64,000 nucleotides of DNA from Clostridia bacterium (GTDB taxonomy: Bacteria > Bacillota > Limnochordia > DTU080 > RSA5): positions 67,617 through 131,616 of the forward strand of contig PKEX01000009.1 of the NCBI GenBank assembly GCA_002919235.1. The letters run 5' to 3'. Within the stretch, counting starts at the first letter, position 1, and each line of letters opens with the position of its first letter. Below the pieces are notes generated by a model. That model searched no databases. It saw only the letters and a program-made list of their open reading frames with translations, and was not told the DNA's origin. This document shows positions 9,694 to 18,777 of this stretch, piece after piece. The position numbers and the translations under genes were made by a program.

Positions 9694-10236
9694 TTACGGC
9701 CGCCGGAACGTGGCGGGCGTCACCGCCATCGTGACGGTATACACGTCGTGGAGAAAGTCGAACAGCATCTCTTCCACGACGGCAAAACCCAGCTCGCGCA
9801 GGATCTCAAGCCCCTGCTGGTCCGTGCTGGGGATGTCGATCAGCAGCTTTTCGACGCCGTGATGGGAAAAGGCATACTCGGTGATGAGGGCGATGGCTTC
9901 CCGGCGGTAGTCCGGTGTCGTGAGATACCGCAGGTCGCCGACCATAGGGGTGATCCACGCCTCGCCCCGGATCACGTGGATGCTGTGCAGGTCGATATCG
10001 CCGATGTACTCGCCGTCCTTGGTCTCGATGGCCCACTGCTCGCTGAAAGGATCCTCCTGGAGCGCGTAAAACCAGCTCTCCATGTCAAACCTGGTATTTG
10101 TATCGCCCGGAGCGCCGATGTAGAGCAGCTGCACCTCGCGGTCGTTCACCATCTCCAGGCGCCGGTCGAGATCGCTTTCGGCCAGCGGCCTGAGGTTGAC
10201 CCGCGTCCCGGTGATCTTGGCCTGGGCCTTTTCCAT
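9694..10236 (-). CDS. RimJ/RimL-type GNAT N-acetyltransferase-like protein
   Basis: V.LRPL.ESD, WAIETKDGEYIG.I.L, YAF, LGF; acetyl-CoA loop degenerate. Confidence 0.7.
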   Translation of the reverse strand: MEKAQAKITGTRVNLRPLAESDLDRRLEMVNDREVQLLYIGAPGDTNTRFDMESWFYALQEDPFSEQWAIETKDGEYIGDIDLHSIHVIRGEAWITPMVGDLRYLTTPDYRREAIALITEYAFSHHGVEKLLIDIPSTDQQGLEILRELGFAVVEEMLFDFLHDVYTVTMAVTPATFRRP

Positions 10237-10363
10237 GGATATCACCCTCGTACAGTATTTGCCCGGAGCCGGGGCGCCACCTGCACGCGGCCCGGACCGG
10301 TGAAGGGCTTGCCGCCGTCGAATCGAATTGATGACAGGGTACCATCACACGGAGGCATCGGCG

Positions 10364-10636
10364 ATGAGCGATATAGACCGTGACGTCGTACAACGCATCA
10401 TCAACGAGATCGACGAGCTGCTGGCCATGCGCCAGGGATTCGTGGACGCGTACCGCGACTGGCGCGAAAAGGCGCTGGAGGAAGTGCGCGCCGCCTTGGG
10501 CCAGGAGCGGGCTGAGGAGTTTGACGGGCTCGGCCCGCGCCAGGCGCCGGTGAACCGCCAGCATCGCGTCCACATCTACCGGCAGCGGCTCCACGCGCAG
10601 CGCAAGTACCTCTCTGACCTCTTGGAGAGCCAGTAA
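10364..10636 (+). CDS. Hypothetical helical protein
   Basis: GGAGG RBS, genome-typical codon usage. Confidence 0.6.
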   Translation: MSDIDRDVVQRIINEIDELLAMRQGFVDAYRDWREKALEEVRAALGQERAEEFDGLGPRQAPVNRQHRVHIYRQRLHAQRKYLSDLLESQ

Positions 10637-10740
10637 GCTCCGGCCGCCCGCCGTTGGCGGCCGGACCCCGCGCGAACCGCCGCAAGACGCGAAGAGGGCC
10701 CTGGGCGGCACCGGCCGCCAGGGCCCTCACGTTCGTGTCG

Positions 10741-10833
10741 TGGCGGAAGGGGAGGGATTCGAACCCTCGGTAGGACTTTTGGTCCTACTACGGTTTAGCA
10801 AACCGCCCGGATCGGCCACTCTCGCACCCTTCC
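10741..10833 (-). tRNA. tRNA-Ser(GCT)
   Basis: Reverse complement GGAAGGG...GCGGT-TTGCTAA-ACCGT, long variable arm, GGTTCGAATCC, CCCTTCC-GCCA. Confidence 0.92.
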
Positions 10834-11064
10834 GCGCCGATACGCCGCGAGCAGGGAACCCTCCCTGCTCGAAGAGCGCCTTTATTCTAGCACAAACCGC
10901 TCCCGGGCGTCAACGGATGCGGGAAACACCAGGAACGGCCAGCCAGCGCGTCAAAGTAGCTCTCGCATGCCTGCCGCGTCGCTGGAGCACCCTAGCCTCG
11001 GGGATGGCATCGATTCGCGGCATTCCTGGAACGCCTTGGGATGCCGGTCGCAGGCGGTGAGAGT

Positions 11065-11406
11065 ATGGGCGGTGAACCCATCGGCGGCTCGATCGACTGG
11101 CCCGTCATCGGCCAGCAGGTGGGCCTTGGGATGCTCTTGGGCTTTGCCGTAGGCTACCTGGCCAAAAAGGCGTTGAAGGTCGCGCTGGTCGTCGCGGGCA
11201 TTCTGTTCCTGATCCTCGTCGGGCTGCAGCACTACGATTTTATCGCAATCAACTGGACCCGGATCGAAGAGACGTATTCCCAGGCCCTCAATCCCCCGGG
11301 CGGGCTCGACGCGGTGATCCGCGGGTGGGTCGACTCCCTCGCGGCCGTCATCCCCGGCGCCGGGGGCTTCGCCGTCGGCTTCTTCTGGGGCATGCGCAAA
11401 GGCTGA
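11065..11406 (+). CDS. FUN14 family membrane protein
   Basis: Q.G.G.LLGFAVGY.AKKALK.....G..F..L..LQ....I.INW and C-terminal GGFA.GF..G. Confidence 0.8.
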   Translation: MGGEPIGGSIDWPVIGQQVGLGMLLGFAVGYLAKKALKVALVVAGILFLILVGLQHYDFIAINWTRIEETYSQALNPPGGLDAVIRGWVDSLAAVIPGAGGFAVGFFWGMRKG

Positions 11407-11519
11407 GCCGGATTCACCTCCCGCCGCCGGTCGCCACCTGGCCCGCCGCTCCTAGAATTTGGTCCGAAACCAGGTCAAAGGCAGGGGAGAGACTACGGCA
11501 TCGAAAGGAGGTCTCTCTC

Positions 11520-11885
11520 ATGGCCAGAGGACAAAAGCGAAACCAGCCGCTGATCCAGCAAGCGGGGCAGGCTCTCGAGCGTTTCAAATACGAGGTGGCT
11601 CAAGAGATCGCCCAAAACCCCAGCGACCCGCAGGCGCAGCTGCTCCAGCAGTACCTGTCGGGCCAGACGGGCGGCTACGGCGGCGACATCCCGTCCCGTG
11701 TCTGGGGCGCCGTCGGCGGGCACATGGTGCGCCGCATGATCGCCGCAGCGGAACAGACCCTCATCTCGCAGGCGCAGGCCGCGGTGCAGCAGAGCTTCCG
11801 CCAGGGCCTGCAGGGGACCCTGACCGGCACGACCCAAACCGGGTTCCCGCAAGGGCAGACCGGGACCCAGACCCAGACCATCTGA
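11520..11885 (+). CDS. Alpha/beta-type small acid-soluble spore protein with Q/T-rich C-terminal extension
   Basis: ALERFKYEVAQEI and G.I.SR..GAVGG.MVRRMI..AEQ.L; AAAGGAGG RBS. Confidence 0.85.
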   Translation: MARGQKRNQPLIQQAGQALERFKYEVAQEIAQNPSDPQAQLLQQYLSGQTGGYGGDIPSRVWGAVGGHMVRRMIAAAEQTLISQAQAAVQQSFRQGLQGTLTGTTQTGFPQGQTGTQTQTI

Positions 11886-12079
11886 CGGCCGCGACGCGTC
11901 GCCGGCGGATCGGGGATCCACTGAGGCCAGCTGCAAGACGCCTCGTCGTGAAGGAAACCGGGAGACGGCCATCCGGCCGTCTCCTCTCGCGTTCCGGAAA
12001 AGGTGAGCCGCCCGGGGCGCCGAATCGTAGTGGAAGAACGTGCGGACGGCACGCAGCATCATGAGGAGGCTCACGACGC

Positions 12080-13129
12080 ATGGCAGCAACCACCACCAGA
12101 GTGCGCTGGGGCATCCTGGGCACAGCCGACATCGCACGCACCGCGTTCATCCCGGCGGTGCGCTTGACGGACAGCGGCGAGGTGCGGGCGGTGGGGAGCC
12201 GCAGCCGCGAAAAGGCCCAGGAGTACGCCAAGGCGCACGGCATCCCGGTCGCTTACGACTCCTACGACGCCGTACTGGACGATCCCGAGATCGACGCAGT
12301 CTACATCCCTCTGCCCAACACGCTGCACGCGGAGTGGATCATCAAAGCGGCCCACGCCGGCAAGCACGTCTTTTGCGAAAAGCCCCTCACGATGACCTAC
12401 GAGGAGGCGAAAAAGGCCGTCCAGGCCTGCAAAGACGCCGGCGTCATGCTGGTGGAAGCCTTTGTCTACCGCTTTCACCGCCAGAGCCGCCGCCTGCGGG
12501 AGATCATCGAAAACGGCGAGATCGGCGACGTGCTGCACACCGACGCCCGGTTCCACTACTCGTTCCGGGGCGACCGGGACAACATCCGCGTCCGGCCCGA
12601 GGTGGGCGGCGGCGCCCTCTTGGACATCGGCTGCTACGTGTTGAGCTGGACCCGGTTCGTCATGGGCGGCCTGCCTCTCGCCGTAGCCGCCACGTCGGTC
12701 ACCGACGAGCCCACCGGCGTCGACAAGACCACCGTGGCCACGCTCCGCTTCTCGCGGGGCCGCACCGCCAACGTCTCCTCCGGCATCCGCATGTTCGGCG
12801 GCCAGCAGGCCACCATCTACGGCACCGACGGCCAGATCGACGTCAGCCAGCCGTTCCATCCCAACCCGCCGCAGGGGGGCTGGCCCGGCGCCCGGGTGAC
12901 GGTCTTTAAGCGCGGCGAGGTGCTGGACCGGAGCGTCCCCGTGGACAAGCCGCCGTTCTACGAAGCGGTGGAGACCATCCAGCGCTCGATCCTCAAGGAC
13001 GAGCCTCTCCCGTTCGACACGATGGAGGATGCCCTGGACCAGGCCCTCCTGATGGAGGCGTGCCGCCTCTCGGCCGAAGAGGACCGCTGGGTGGACCTGC
13101 CGTCGATTGACTGCCGCGCGGTTTCGTGA
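12080..13129 (+). CDS. Gfo/Idh/MocA family oxidoreductase
   Basis: VRWGILGTA.IA, VYIPLPN..H.EW, HVFCEKP, GGGALLDIGCY. Confidence 0.92.
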   Translation: MAATTTRVRWGILGTADIARTAFIPAVRLTDSGEVRAVGSRSREKAQEYAKAHGIPVAYDSYDAVLDDPEIDAVYIPLPNTLHAEWIIKAAHAGKHVFCEKPLTMTYEEAKKAVQACKDAGVMLVEAFVYRFHRQSRRLREIIENGEIGDVLHTDARFHYSFRGDRDNIRVRPEVGGGALLDIGCYVLSWTRFVMGGLPLAVAATSVTDEPTGVDKTTVATLRFSRGRTANVSSGIRMFGGQQATIYGTDGQIDVSQPFHPNPPQGGWPGARVTVFKRGEVLDRSVPVDKPPFYEAVETIQRSILKDEPLPFDTMEDALDQALLMEACRLSAEEDRWVDLPSIDCRAVS

Positions 13130-13214
13130 TAGATTGAAACCGCCGGGCGGCGCAGCCGAAAGCCCGTTCACAAAAGGGTTTGCGGCCCGTCCGGCGATGC
13201 GTCGGGACGTGCGC

Positions 13215-13303
13215 GGAAGGGTGGCCGAGCGGACGAAGGCAGCGGTCTTGAAAACCGTAGACGGCCCCGCCGTCCGTGGGTTCGAATCCCACCCCTTCCG
13301 CCA
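13215..13303 (+). tRNA. tRNA-Ser(TGA)
   Basis: GGAAGGGTGGCCGAGCGG...GCGGT-CTTGAAA-ACCGT, variable arm, GGTTCGAATCC, CCA. Confidence 0.96.
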
Positions 13304-13348
13304 CCTGTCCTTTCCTGTTTTTCTCGCTTCTTCTTGCGCTCTCATCAG

Positions 13349-13378
13349 TTGACAGCGCCCCCCGGGCAGCCGTATAAT
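13349..13378 (+). promoter_or_regulatory. Consensus sigma-A promoter of the met transporter operon
   Basis: TTGACA-18 nt-TATAAT. Confidence 0.85.
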
Positions 13379-13433
13379 CATCTCAACGTCGCGACGGACA
13401 AACGTGTTGGTCCAAGCCAACACCAAAGCGTGC

Positions 13434-13562
13434 AACTCTTATCGAGAGTGGTGGAGGGACTGGCCCGATGAAACCCGGCAACCGGCCGTCTCCCGGCGGC
13501 GAGCCGCGGAGCGGCAAGGTGCCAAGTCCTGCCGGACGCGATGCGTCTGGAGAGATGAGAGG
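13434..13562 (+). ncRNA. SAM-I (S-box) riboswitch
   Basis: CTCTTATCGAGAG-TGGTGGAGGGACTGGCCCGATGAAACCCGGCAACC...GGTGCCAA.TCC...AGATGAGAG; upstream of metNIQ. Confidence 0.95.
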
Positions 13563-13579
13563 AGGAATGCGCGATCACA

Positions 13580-13607
13580 GGCCTCTTCTCGTCGAAGAGG
13601 CTTTTTT
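13580..13607 (+). terminator. Riboswitch expression-platform terminator
   Basis: GCCTCTTC-loop-GAAGAGGC followed by TTTTTT. Confidence 0.85.
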
Positions 13608-13722
13608 GTTGCTGAAACAGCGGCAGAACCGGTCGGAAGCCACAGGCTGCCGCGGGAGAGGTCGAGAGCCGTCCGGTTGGTTTGGCGTCGGTTCCTGGTC
13701 CCAGCTGTCGAGGTGATCTTCT

Positions 13723-14511
13723 TTGCCCGCCCACGCCGCGAGCGCCGCAGCAGCGCCACAACCTATCTTGAGCTTGAGGGACGTCGAAAAGACCTACGGC
13801 CGGGGGAACAAGCAGGTGGATGCCCTGCGCGGGGTCACGCTGGACGTCTATCCCGGTGAGATCTTCGGCATCATCGGGCCCAGCGGTGCCGGAAAGAGCA
13901 CCCTGATCCGCTGCATCAACCTGCTTGAGCGCCCCGAGAAGGGCCAGATCTTCATCGACGGCGTGGACGTGACGGGGTTTCGCGGCAGGCGGCTGCGGGA
14001 AGTGCGGCGGAACATCGGGATGGTGTTCCAGCACTTCAACCTCCTCTCCAACCGGACGGCCGCGGGAAACGTCGCGTTTCCCATGGAGATCGTCGGCATC
14101 CCCAAGGGGGAGCGAGCGCGCCGGGTCGCGCAGCTCCTGGCCTTCGTGGGCCTCGAAGAGAAGGCCGATCGCTATCCCTCGGAGCTCAGCGGCGGCGAAA
14201 AGCAGCGGGTGGGCATCGCCCGGGCGCTGGCCATGGAGCCCCGGATCCTCCTCTGCGACGAGGCCACGTCGGCGCTGGACCCGGACACCACCGTCGCCAT
14301 CCTCAACCTGCTCAAGAGCATCAACCAGCGGCTGGGGCTCACCATCGTCATGGTGACGCACCAGATGCACGTGGTGCGCTCCATCTGCCACCGCGTCGCG
14401 GTGATCGACCAAGGGCGCATCGCCGAGGTCGGCCCGGTGATGGAGCTCTTCTCCAACCCCAGGGCCACCGCGACCCGCCGCCTGGTGGGGGAGGCGGCCG
14501 GCATTGCTTAA
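13723..14511 (+). CDS. metN: Methionine ABC transporter ATP-binding subunit (short form)
   Basis: GPSGAGKSTLIRCINLLERP, LSGGEKQRVGIARAL, LLCDEATSALDP. Confidence 0.9.
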   Translation: MPAHAASAAAAPQPILSLRDVEKTYGRGNKQVDALRGVTLDVYPGEIFGIIGPSGAGKSTLIRCINLLERPEKGQIFIDGVDVTGFRGRRLREVRRNIGMVFQHFNLLSNRTAAGNVAFPMEIVGIPKGERARRVAQLLAFVGLEEKADRYPSELSGGEKQRVGIARALAMEPRILLCDEATSALDPDTTVAILNLLKSINQRLGLTIVMVTHQMHVVRSICHRVAVIDQGRIAEVGPVMELFSNPRATATRRLVGEAAGIA

Positions 14512-15169
14512 CCCGCAGGTGCTCCAGCTCCTCTGGCAGGCGACCCTGGAAACGCTCTACATGGTGGCCTGCTCCAGCGCTTTGGGAGCGCTGTTCGGCC
14601 TGCCCGTCGGCGTCCTCCTGGTGGTGACGGCTCCGGGCCACATCCTGCCGAACCGGGTGATCCACCGGATCACGGGCGTGGTGGTGAACATCGGCCGGTC
14701 GGTGCCGTTCGTCATCCTGATGATCGCGATCATCCCCTTCACCCGGATGATCGCCGGCACCTCCATCGGCACCACGGCCGCCATCGTGCCGCTCACCGTC
14801 TCGGCCATCCCCTACGTGGCGCGGCTGGTCGAGAGCGCCCTCAGCGAGGTGGACTTCGGCGTCATCGAGGCGGCGGAGAGCATGGGTGCCACGCCTCTCC
14901 AGATCATCTGGAAAGTGCTCCTGCCCGAGAGCCTCCCCTCCCTGGTCCTGGGCTTCACCATCACCACGGTGAGCCTGGTGAGCTATTCCGCCATGGCGGG
15001 CGCCATCGGCGGCGGCGGCCTCGGCGACCTGGCGATCCGCTACGGCTACCAGCGGTTCCGGAGCGACATCATGATCCAGACCGTCGTCGTCCTCGTCGTG
15101 CTGGTGCAGCTGGTGCAGATGGCCGGCAACGCGCTGGCGCGGCGCTTGGACCACCGTCATCCGTCGTAA
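14504..15169 (+). CDS. metI: Methionine ABC transporter permease
   Basis: VNIGRSVPFVIL, EAA..MGA, YSAMAGAIGGGGLGDLAIRYGYQRF. Confidence 0.93.
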   Translation: MLNPQVLQLLWQATLETLYMVACSSALGALFGLPVGVLLVVTAPGHILPNRVIHRITGVVVNIGRSVPFVILMIAIIPFTRMIAGTSIGTTAAIVPLTVSAIPYVARLVESALSEVDFGVIEAAESMGATPLQIIWKVLLPESLPSLVLGFTITTVSLVSYSAMAGAIGGGGLGDLAIRYGYQRFRSDIMIQTVVVLVVLVQLVQMAGNALARRLDHRHPS

Positions 15170-15296
15170 GCCTGCCGGATGGCTGCGGCGCGGGCTTGGG
15201 GCCTCGAACCCCGCGGGCCAGCAAGAGCCGGGGGCTGCGCCGTCCCGCCCAGTCAGACGGCGGTAATACCACGTAAAGAGATCTGTTAAGGAGGAG

Positions 15297-16097
15297 TTGT
15301 TCGTGCGCAGATCCGTCCTGTCCGCCCTGGTCCTCATCGGCTTGCTTGTCGCCGGCGCTCCGCTCGCGGCCGCCCAGGCGACGGTGCTCAAGGTGGGCGC
15401 GACCCCCGTGCCCCACGCGGAGGTGCTGGAGTTTGTGAAGCCTCACCTGGCCGCCGAGGGCATCGATCTCCAGATCGTGGTGTTCAACGACTATGTCCTT
15501 CCCAACTTGGCGCTGAGCGACGGCGAGCTGGACGCCAACTACTTCCAGCACATCCCGTACCTTGAAACCTTCAGCGCCGACCACCGCCTCGACCTCGAGG
15601 TGCTGGTGAAGGTGCACATCGAGCCCATCGGCCTCTACAGCAGCCGCATCTCCAGCCTCGACCAGCTGCCCGACGGCGCGCAGATCGCGATTCCCAACGA
15701 CGTGACCAACGGCGGCCGCGCCCTCTTGCTGCTGCAGGAGGCGGGGCTCATCACCCTGCGGCCGGATGCAGGCCTTGAGGCCACCGTCCTCGACATCGTG
15801 GAGAACCCCAAGCGCCTTCGCTTCCGGGAGCTGGAGGCGGCCATGCTGCCCCGGGCCCTGGCCGACGTCGACGCCGCCGTCATCAACACCAACTTCGCCC
15901 TGGAGGCCGGCCTCAACCCGGTGAAAGACGCCCTGATCATCGAGGGCGAGGAGTCTCCTTACGCCAACGTGGTGGCCGTGCGCAAGGGCGACACCGCCAA
16001 CCCGGCCCTGCAGAAGCTGGCCGAGGCGCTGACCCGGCCCGAGGTGCGAGCGTTCTTCCTCGAGACCTACGGCGGCGCCGTTGTCCCGGTGTTCTAA
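15297..16097 (+). CDS. metQ: Methionine ABC transporter substrate-binding protein (MetQ/NlpA)
   Basis: LKVGATPVPHAE, DY..PN.AL..GELDANYFQH.PYL, PND.TNGGRAL; AxA signal and no lipobox Cys. Confidence 0.92.
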   Translation: MFVRRSVLSALVLIGLLVAGAPLAAAQATVLKVGATPVPHAEVLEFVKPHLAAEGIDLQIVVFNDYVLPNLALSDGELDANYFQHIPYLETFSADHRLDLEVLVKVHIEPIGLYSSRISSLDQLPDGAQIAIPNDVTNGGRALLLLQEAGLITLRPDAGLEATVLDIVENPKRLRFRELEAAMLPRALADVDAAVINTNFALEAGLNPVKDALIIEGEESPYANVVAVRKGDTANPALQKLAEALTRPEVRAFFLETYGGAVVPVF

Positions 16098-16168
16098 GTC
16101 TTGGGGCACCCTTCGCCCCTTCAACCCTGGGATCCCAAGATCCTGGCGTTTCACGACATCAGCGTCAC

Positions 16169-16201
16169 GGAACGAGGCCTGCCCCCGGCAGGCCTCGTTC
16201 C
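16169..16201 (+). terminator. Perfect 15-bp hairpin after metQ
   Basis: GGAACGAGGCCTGCC-ccc-GGCAGGCCTCGTTCC; weak U-tract. Confidence 0.55.
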
Positions 16202-16411
16202 TCTCCCGGCGGCCGCGCTCGCCTTCTTGTGTTCCCCGCGGTACCCAGATCCGACGTTTTTCCACCCACCTTGGACGCGGCGACCACCCCGCTTTCATGG
16301 AACCCCCTTTTCAAGCGTGTTAGCCTAACGGTGCCAGGCGGACTGACGGCCGTCTCTCCTGGTGACACCGCAAGCGGCTGACACCACTCAAGAGGTTGAG
16401 GAGGAATCGGG

Positions 16412-16903
16412 ATGGTACGACTGGGTCGACTCATGCGCATCGGGCTTGTCCTTGCGATGGGAGCCATGCTATTGGGCCTCCCGGTGCAGGCGCAGGAGGG
16501 GTTTGACTTTTTCGCCGCTGAGGAAACGGCCGCCGGCGACGACCTGTGGGTGAAGCTCGCGGCGCTCAAGGAGACGCTGGACGAGAGCGTGGTCACCAGC
16601 ACCGGCGACGTGGCATCCCTCGCTGAGACCGCCTCCGGCCTGCTCCTCGGCACGGAGGAGGAGGCAGGCGTCATCGCCCTGGTTCAGGAGCTGGCGGGCG
16701 TCGAGGACTATGAGGCCATCGACGCGGAAGGCATCGTCGAAGCGGGCGTCGACGCGCCCGAGCTGATCGCCCTGGCGCACCTGGTCCTCGCAGCCCGGGC
16801 GGTGGAGGCCGGCGCGGACCTGGACAGCTTGCTCCAGGCGGGCGAGCACGTGCGCGAGGCCGACCGGCTCCTGGCCCACCTCAATCCCGAAACCGCCCAG
16901 TGA
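16412..16903 (+). CDS. Exported acidic hypothetical protein
   Basis: GAGGAGG RBS; signal peptide ending VQA-Q; helical, D/E-rich mature part. Confidence 0.7.
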   Translation: MVRLGRLMRIGLVLAMGAMLLGLPVQAQEGFDFFAAEETAAGDDLWVKLAALKETLDESVVTSTGDVASLAETASGLLLGTEEEAGVIALVQELAGVEDYEAIDAEGIVEAGVDAPELIALAHLVLAARAVEAGADLDSLLQAGEHVREADRLLAHLNPETAQ

Positions 16904-17101
16904 CGGCTGCCAGCCGCTGCCCGGGCTCAAGCTCCGTGCGCCGCACCACGGCCGGCGAAGGCCGGCGCATGGGGCGGCACGCCCGGCAGCGTGCATGGCA
17001 GGAGAGTACACTCCGGCTCACGCCGGAAGGACCGCGGCAGGCTGCCGCGGTCCTTTCGCGTTTCGGTGAAAAGCCCCGGGGAGAGCTTCGAGAGGAACGG
17101 C

Positions 17102-17377
17102 TCAGCGGACGAAGCCCGCAAAGAGCTTCTTTGCCCGGGCGATGGCCTCTTGAGCCGATGGATCATCCCTGCCGTCCAGCAGACACGCCTCGAGATTTTC
17201 TACCATAAGTATCGTCGCGATGGAACCGATCGCGGACCGCATGGCGCTGAGCTGCGTCAGGATTTCCTCGCAGCTCCTCGCCTCGTCGAGCATCTTTTGC
17301 AGCCCGCGGGCCTGCCCTTCCACTCGCTTGAGCCGGGCCTTCACGTCGGCGATCACCTTGGGATCGATCCGCTCCAC
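17102..17377 (-). CDS. CsoR/RcnR family repressor, CstR-like
   Basis: RLKRVEGQARGLQKM..E.RSC.EIL.QLSA.RSA; ENLEAC carries Asn in place of the Cu-binding His; AAGGAGG RBS. Confidence 0.85.
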   Translation of the reverse strand: MERIDPKVIADVKARLKRVEGQARGLQKMLDEARSCEEILTQLSAMRSAIGSIATILMVENLEACLLDGRDDPSAQEAIARAKKLFAGFVR

Positions 17378-17593
17378 CGGTGCCCGCCTCCTTGTTCGAG
17401 CTTTCGTCACGGCGGCAGCCGCCGCGCCCGCACGGCGCTCCCGGCCTCGCCTCTTTACTCCAAGCTCTTCTCGCCCGGGGAGTCCCTTCCCTTGCACGCA
17501 AGCGCCCACGCTGCGCCGGCACGCCGCCCAGCCGTGGGGACCCGCCCGAGGGCAGCAATTTGGGCCTAGAGGCCGTGCCAGGCAGGGGGAGGC

Positions 17594-18181
17594 TCAGGCC
17601 CCGGCGTCGTGGGCTTTCCTCCTCGCCACCCACGCCTTCCGGATGAAGCACACGCCGCGCTCCCAGCGGTCGATCACCGTCACCACTCCCAGCAGGAGGA
17701 GCGCGAAGGCGATTCCCATGGCCACGGGGTTGACGCCCAGCGCGTCAGGCAGCGAATGCCGGCCAAAGTTGAGCGGCCGGATGAGGACCGGCTCCAGCAC
17801 CGGGTAGACCCGCGCGTACGCCAAGGCCCCCGCGAGGCCGCCGAGCACCATGGGCCAGGCATCCTTCCGCCCGGCGCCCAGCGCCGCCAGCGCGGTGCCC
17901 GGGCAGTAGCCGGCGATGGCAAAGCCCAGGCCGAACACGGCGCCGCCCGCCAGAACGCCGAGGACGTAGAGGGTCTTGCCGCCGATGCTCACCAGCCCCA
18001 AGGCCGAGAGGGGGTACACAATGAGCGAGCCGACGGCCACGGCGGTCAGCATCAGCTTGACCGCTTTGAGATTGAGCAAGTTCAGCGCGTCAAAGATGCA
18101 CCCGCACCGGGATACCCCGGACCGGTACAAGATGTAGCCAAACGCGACGCCTGTCACCAGGCCCAGTGCCAGGATGCCCAC
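17594..18181 (-). CDS. YeeE/YedE family sulfur-transport membrane protein
   Basis: G..FG..L, GG.VFG.G.AIAGYCPGT. Confidence 0.85.
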   Translation of the reverse strand: MGILALGLVTGVAFGYILYRSGVSRCGCIFDALNLLNLKAVKLMLTAVAVGSLIVYPLSALGLVSIGGKTLYVLGVLAGGAVFGLGFAIAGYCPGTALAALGAGRKDAWPMVLGGLAGALAYARVYPVLEPVLIRPLNFGRHSLPDALGVNPVAMGIAFALLLLGVVTVIDRWERGVCFIRKAWVARRKAHDAGA

Positions 18182-18748
18182 TTACACCCACCCCTTCGAC
18201 CGGAACCACTTGGCTGCCGGGATTCCCACGGCGAAGACCGCCGCTGCAAACAGAAAGCTCGCCGTTGCCAGCTGGGTCATCCCGGTGATCACGTGACCGC
18301 TGGTGCACCCGTCAGCCAGCCTGGCGCCGAACAGGACGAGAAAGCCGCCGAGAAACGCCCTCCAGCGCCGCTGCGGGCTCACGTCAACGGGATCCGCAGG
18401 GCCCGCGGCGCACGACTCCCCGCGCGGGGAAGCTTCTGCCGCCCCGGACGCCTGGTCTCCCTTGGCTCGCTCCGCCGCCTCCATCCGGGCTGTGACCCTC
18501 GAGGCGATGAACCCGCCGATGACGATGCCGATCACCAGCATCAGCTGCCAGTCGACGACGGGCGGCACTCGCTGGAAGTAGGGGTTGTCCGCGACCCACG
18601 CGGGGACCAGCGGGTTGAGAAGGAGCGCGACGGTCCGCGGGTACGACGTCGAGACGCCCAGCGGCTTGTACGTGAGAAAGGCGAACGCGCTGAGCAAGCC
18701 CAGCGCCACGCCGCCTTTGAGCCAGCTCCACTCCCGGGTCATTCCCAT
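18182..18748 (-). CDS. YeeE/YedE family sulfur-transport membrane protein
   Basis: PLGVSTSY, DWQ....G...GG, FLGGFLVLFGARLADGCTSGH..TG. Confidence 0.85.
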   Translation of the reverse strand: MGMTREWSWLKGGVALGLLSAFAFLTYKPLGVSTSYPRTVALLLNPLVPAWVADNPYFQRVPPVVDWQLMLVIGIVIGGFIASRVTARMEAAERAKGDQASGAAEASPRGESCAAGPADPVDVSPQRRWRAFLGGFLVLFGARLADGCTSGHVITGMTQLATASFLFAAAVFAVGIPAAKWFRSKGWV

Positions 18749-18777
18749 GACCTCCTCTAGCCACCAGTGTATTACCG

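Noticed and set aside
10740-11060. ORFs beginning MAEGEGFEP / MAEGVGFEP (also 12993-13304)
   Set aside because: Artefacts of translating tRNA antisense strands.
13215-13303. tRNA with TGA in the anticodon loop as a possible selenocysteine or suppressor tRNA
   Set aside because: Anticodon TGA reads the Ser codon UCA; tRNA-Sec needs anticodon TCA and a longer acceptor arm.
16100-16320. Possible 6S RNA (CACCCACC motif)
   Set aside because: I could not build the long rod with a central bubble; the evidence is insufficient.
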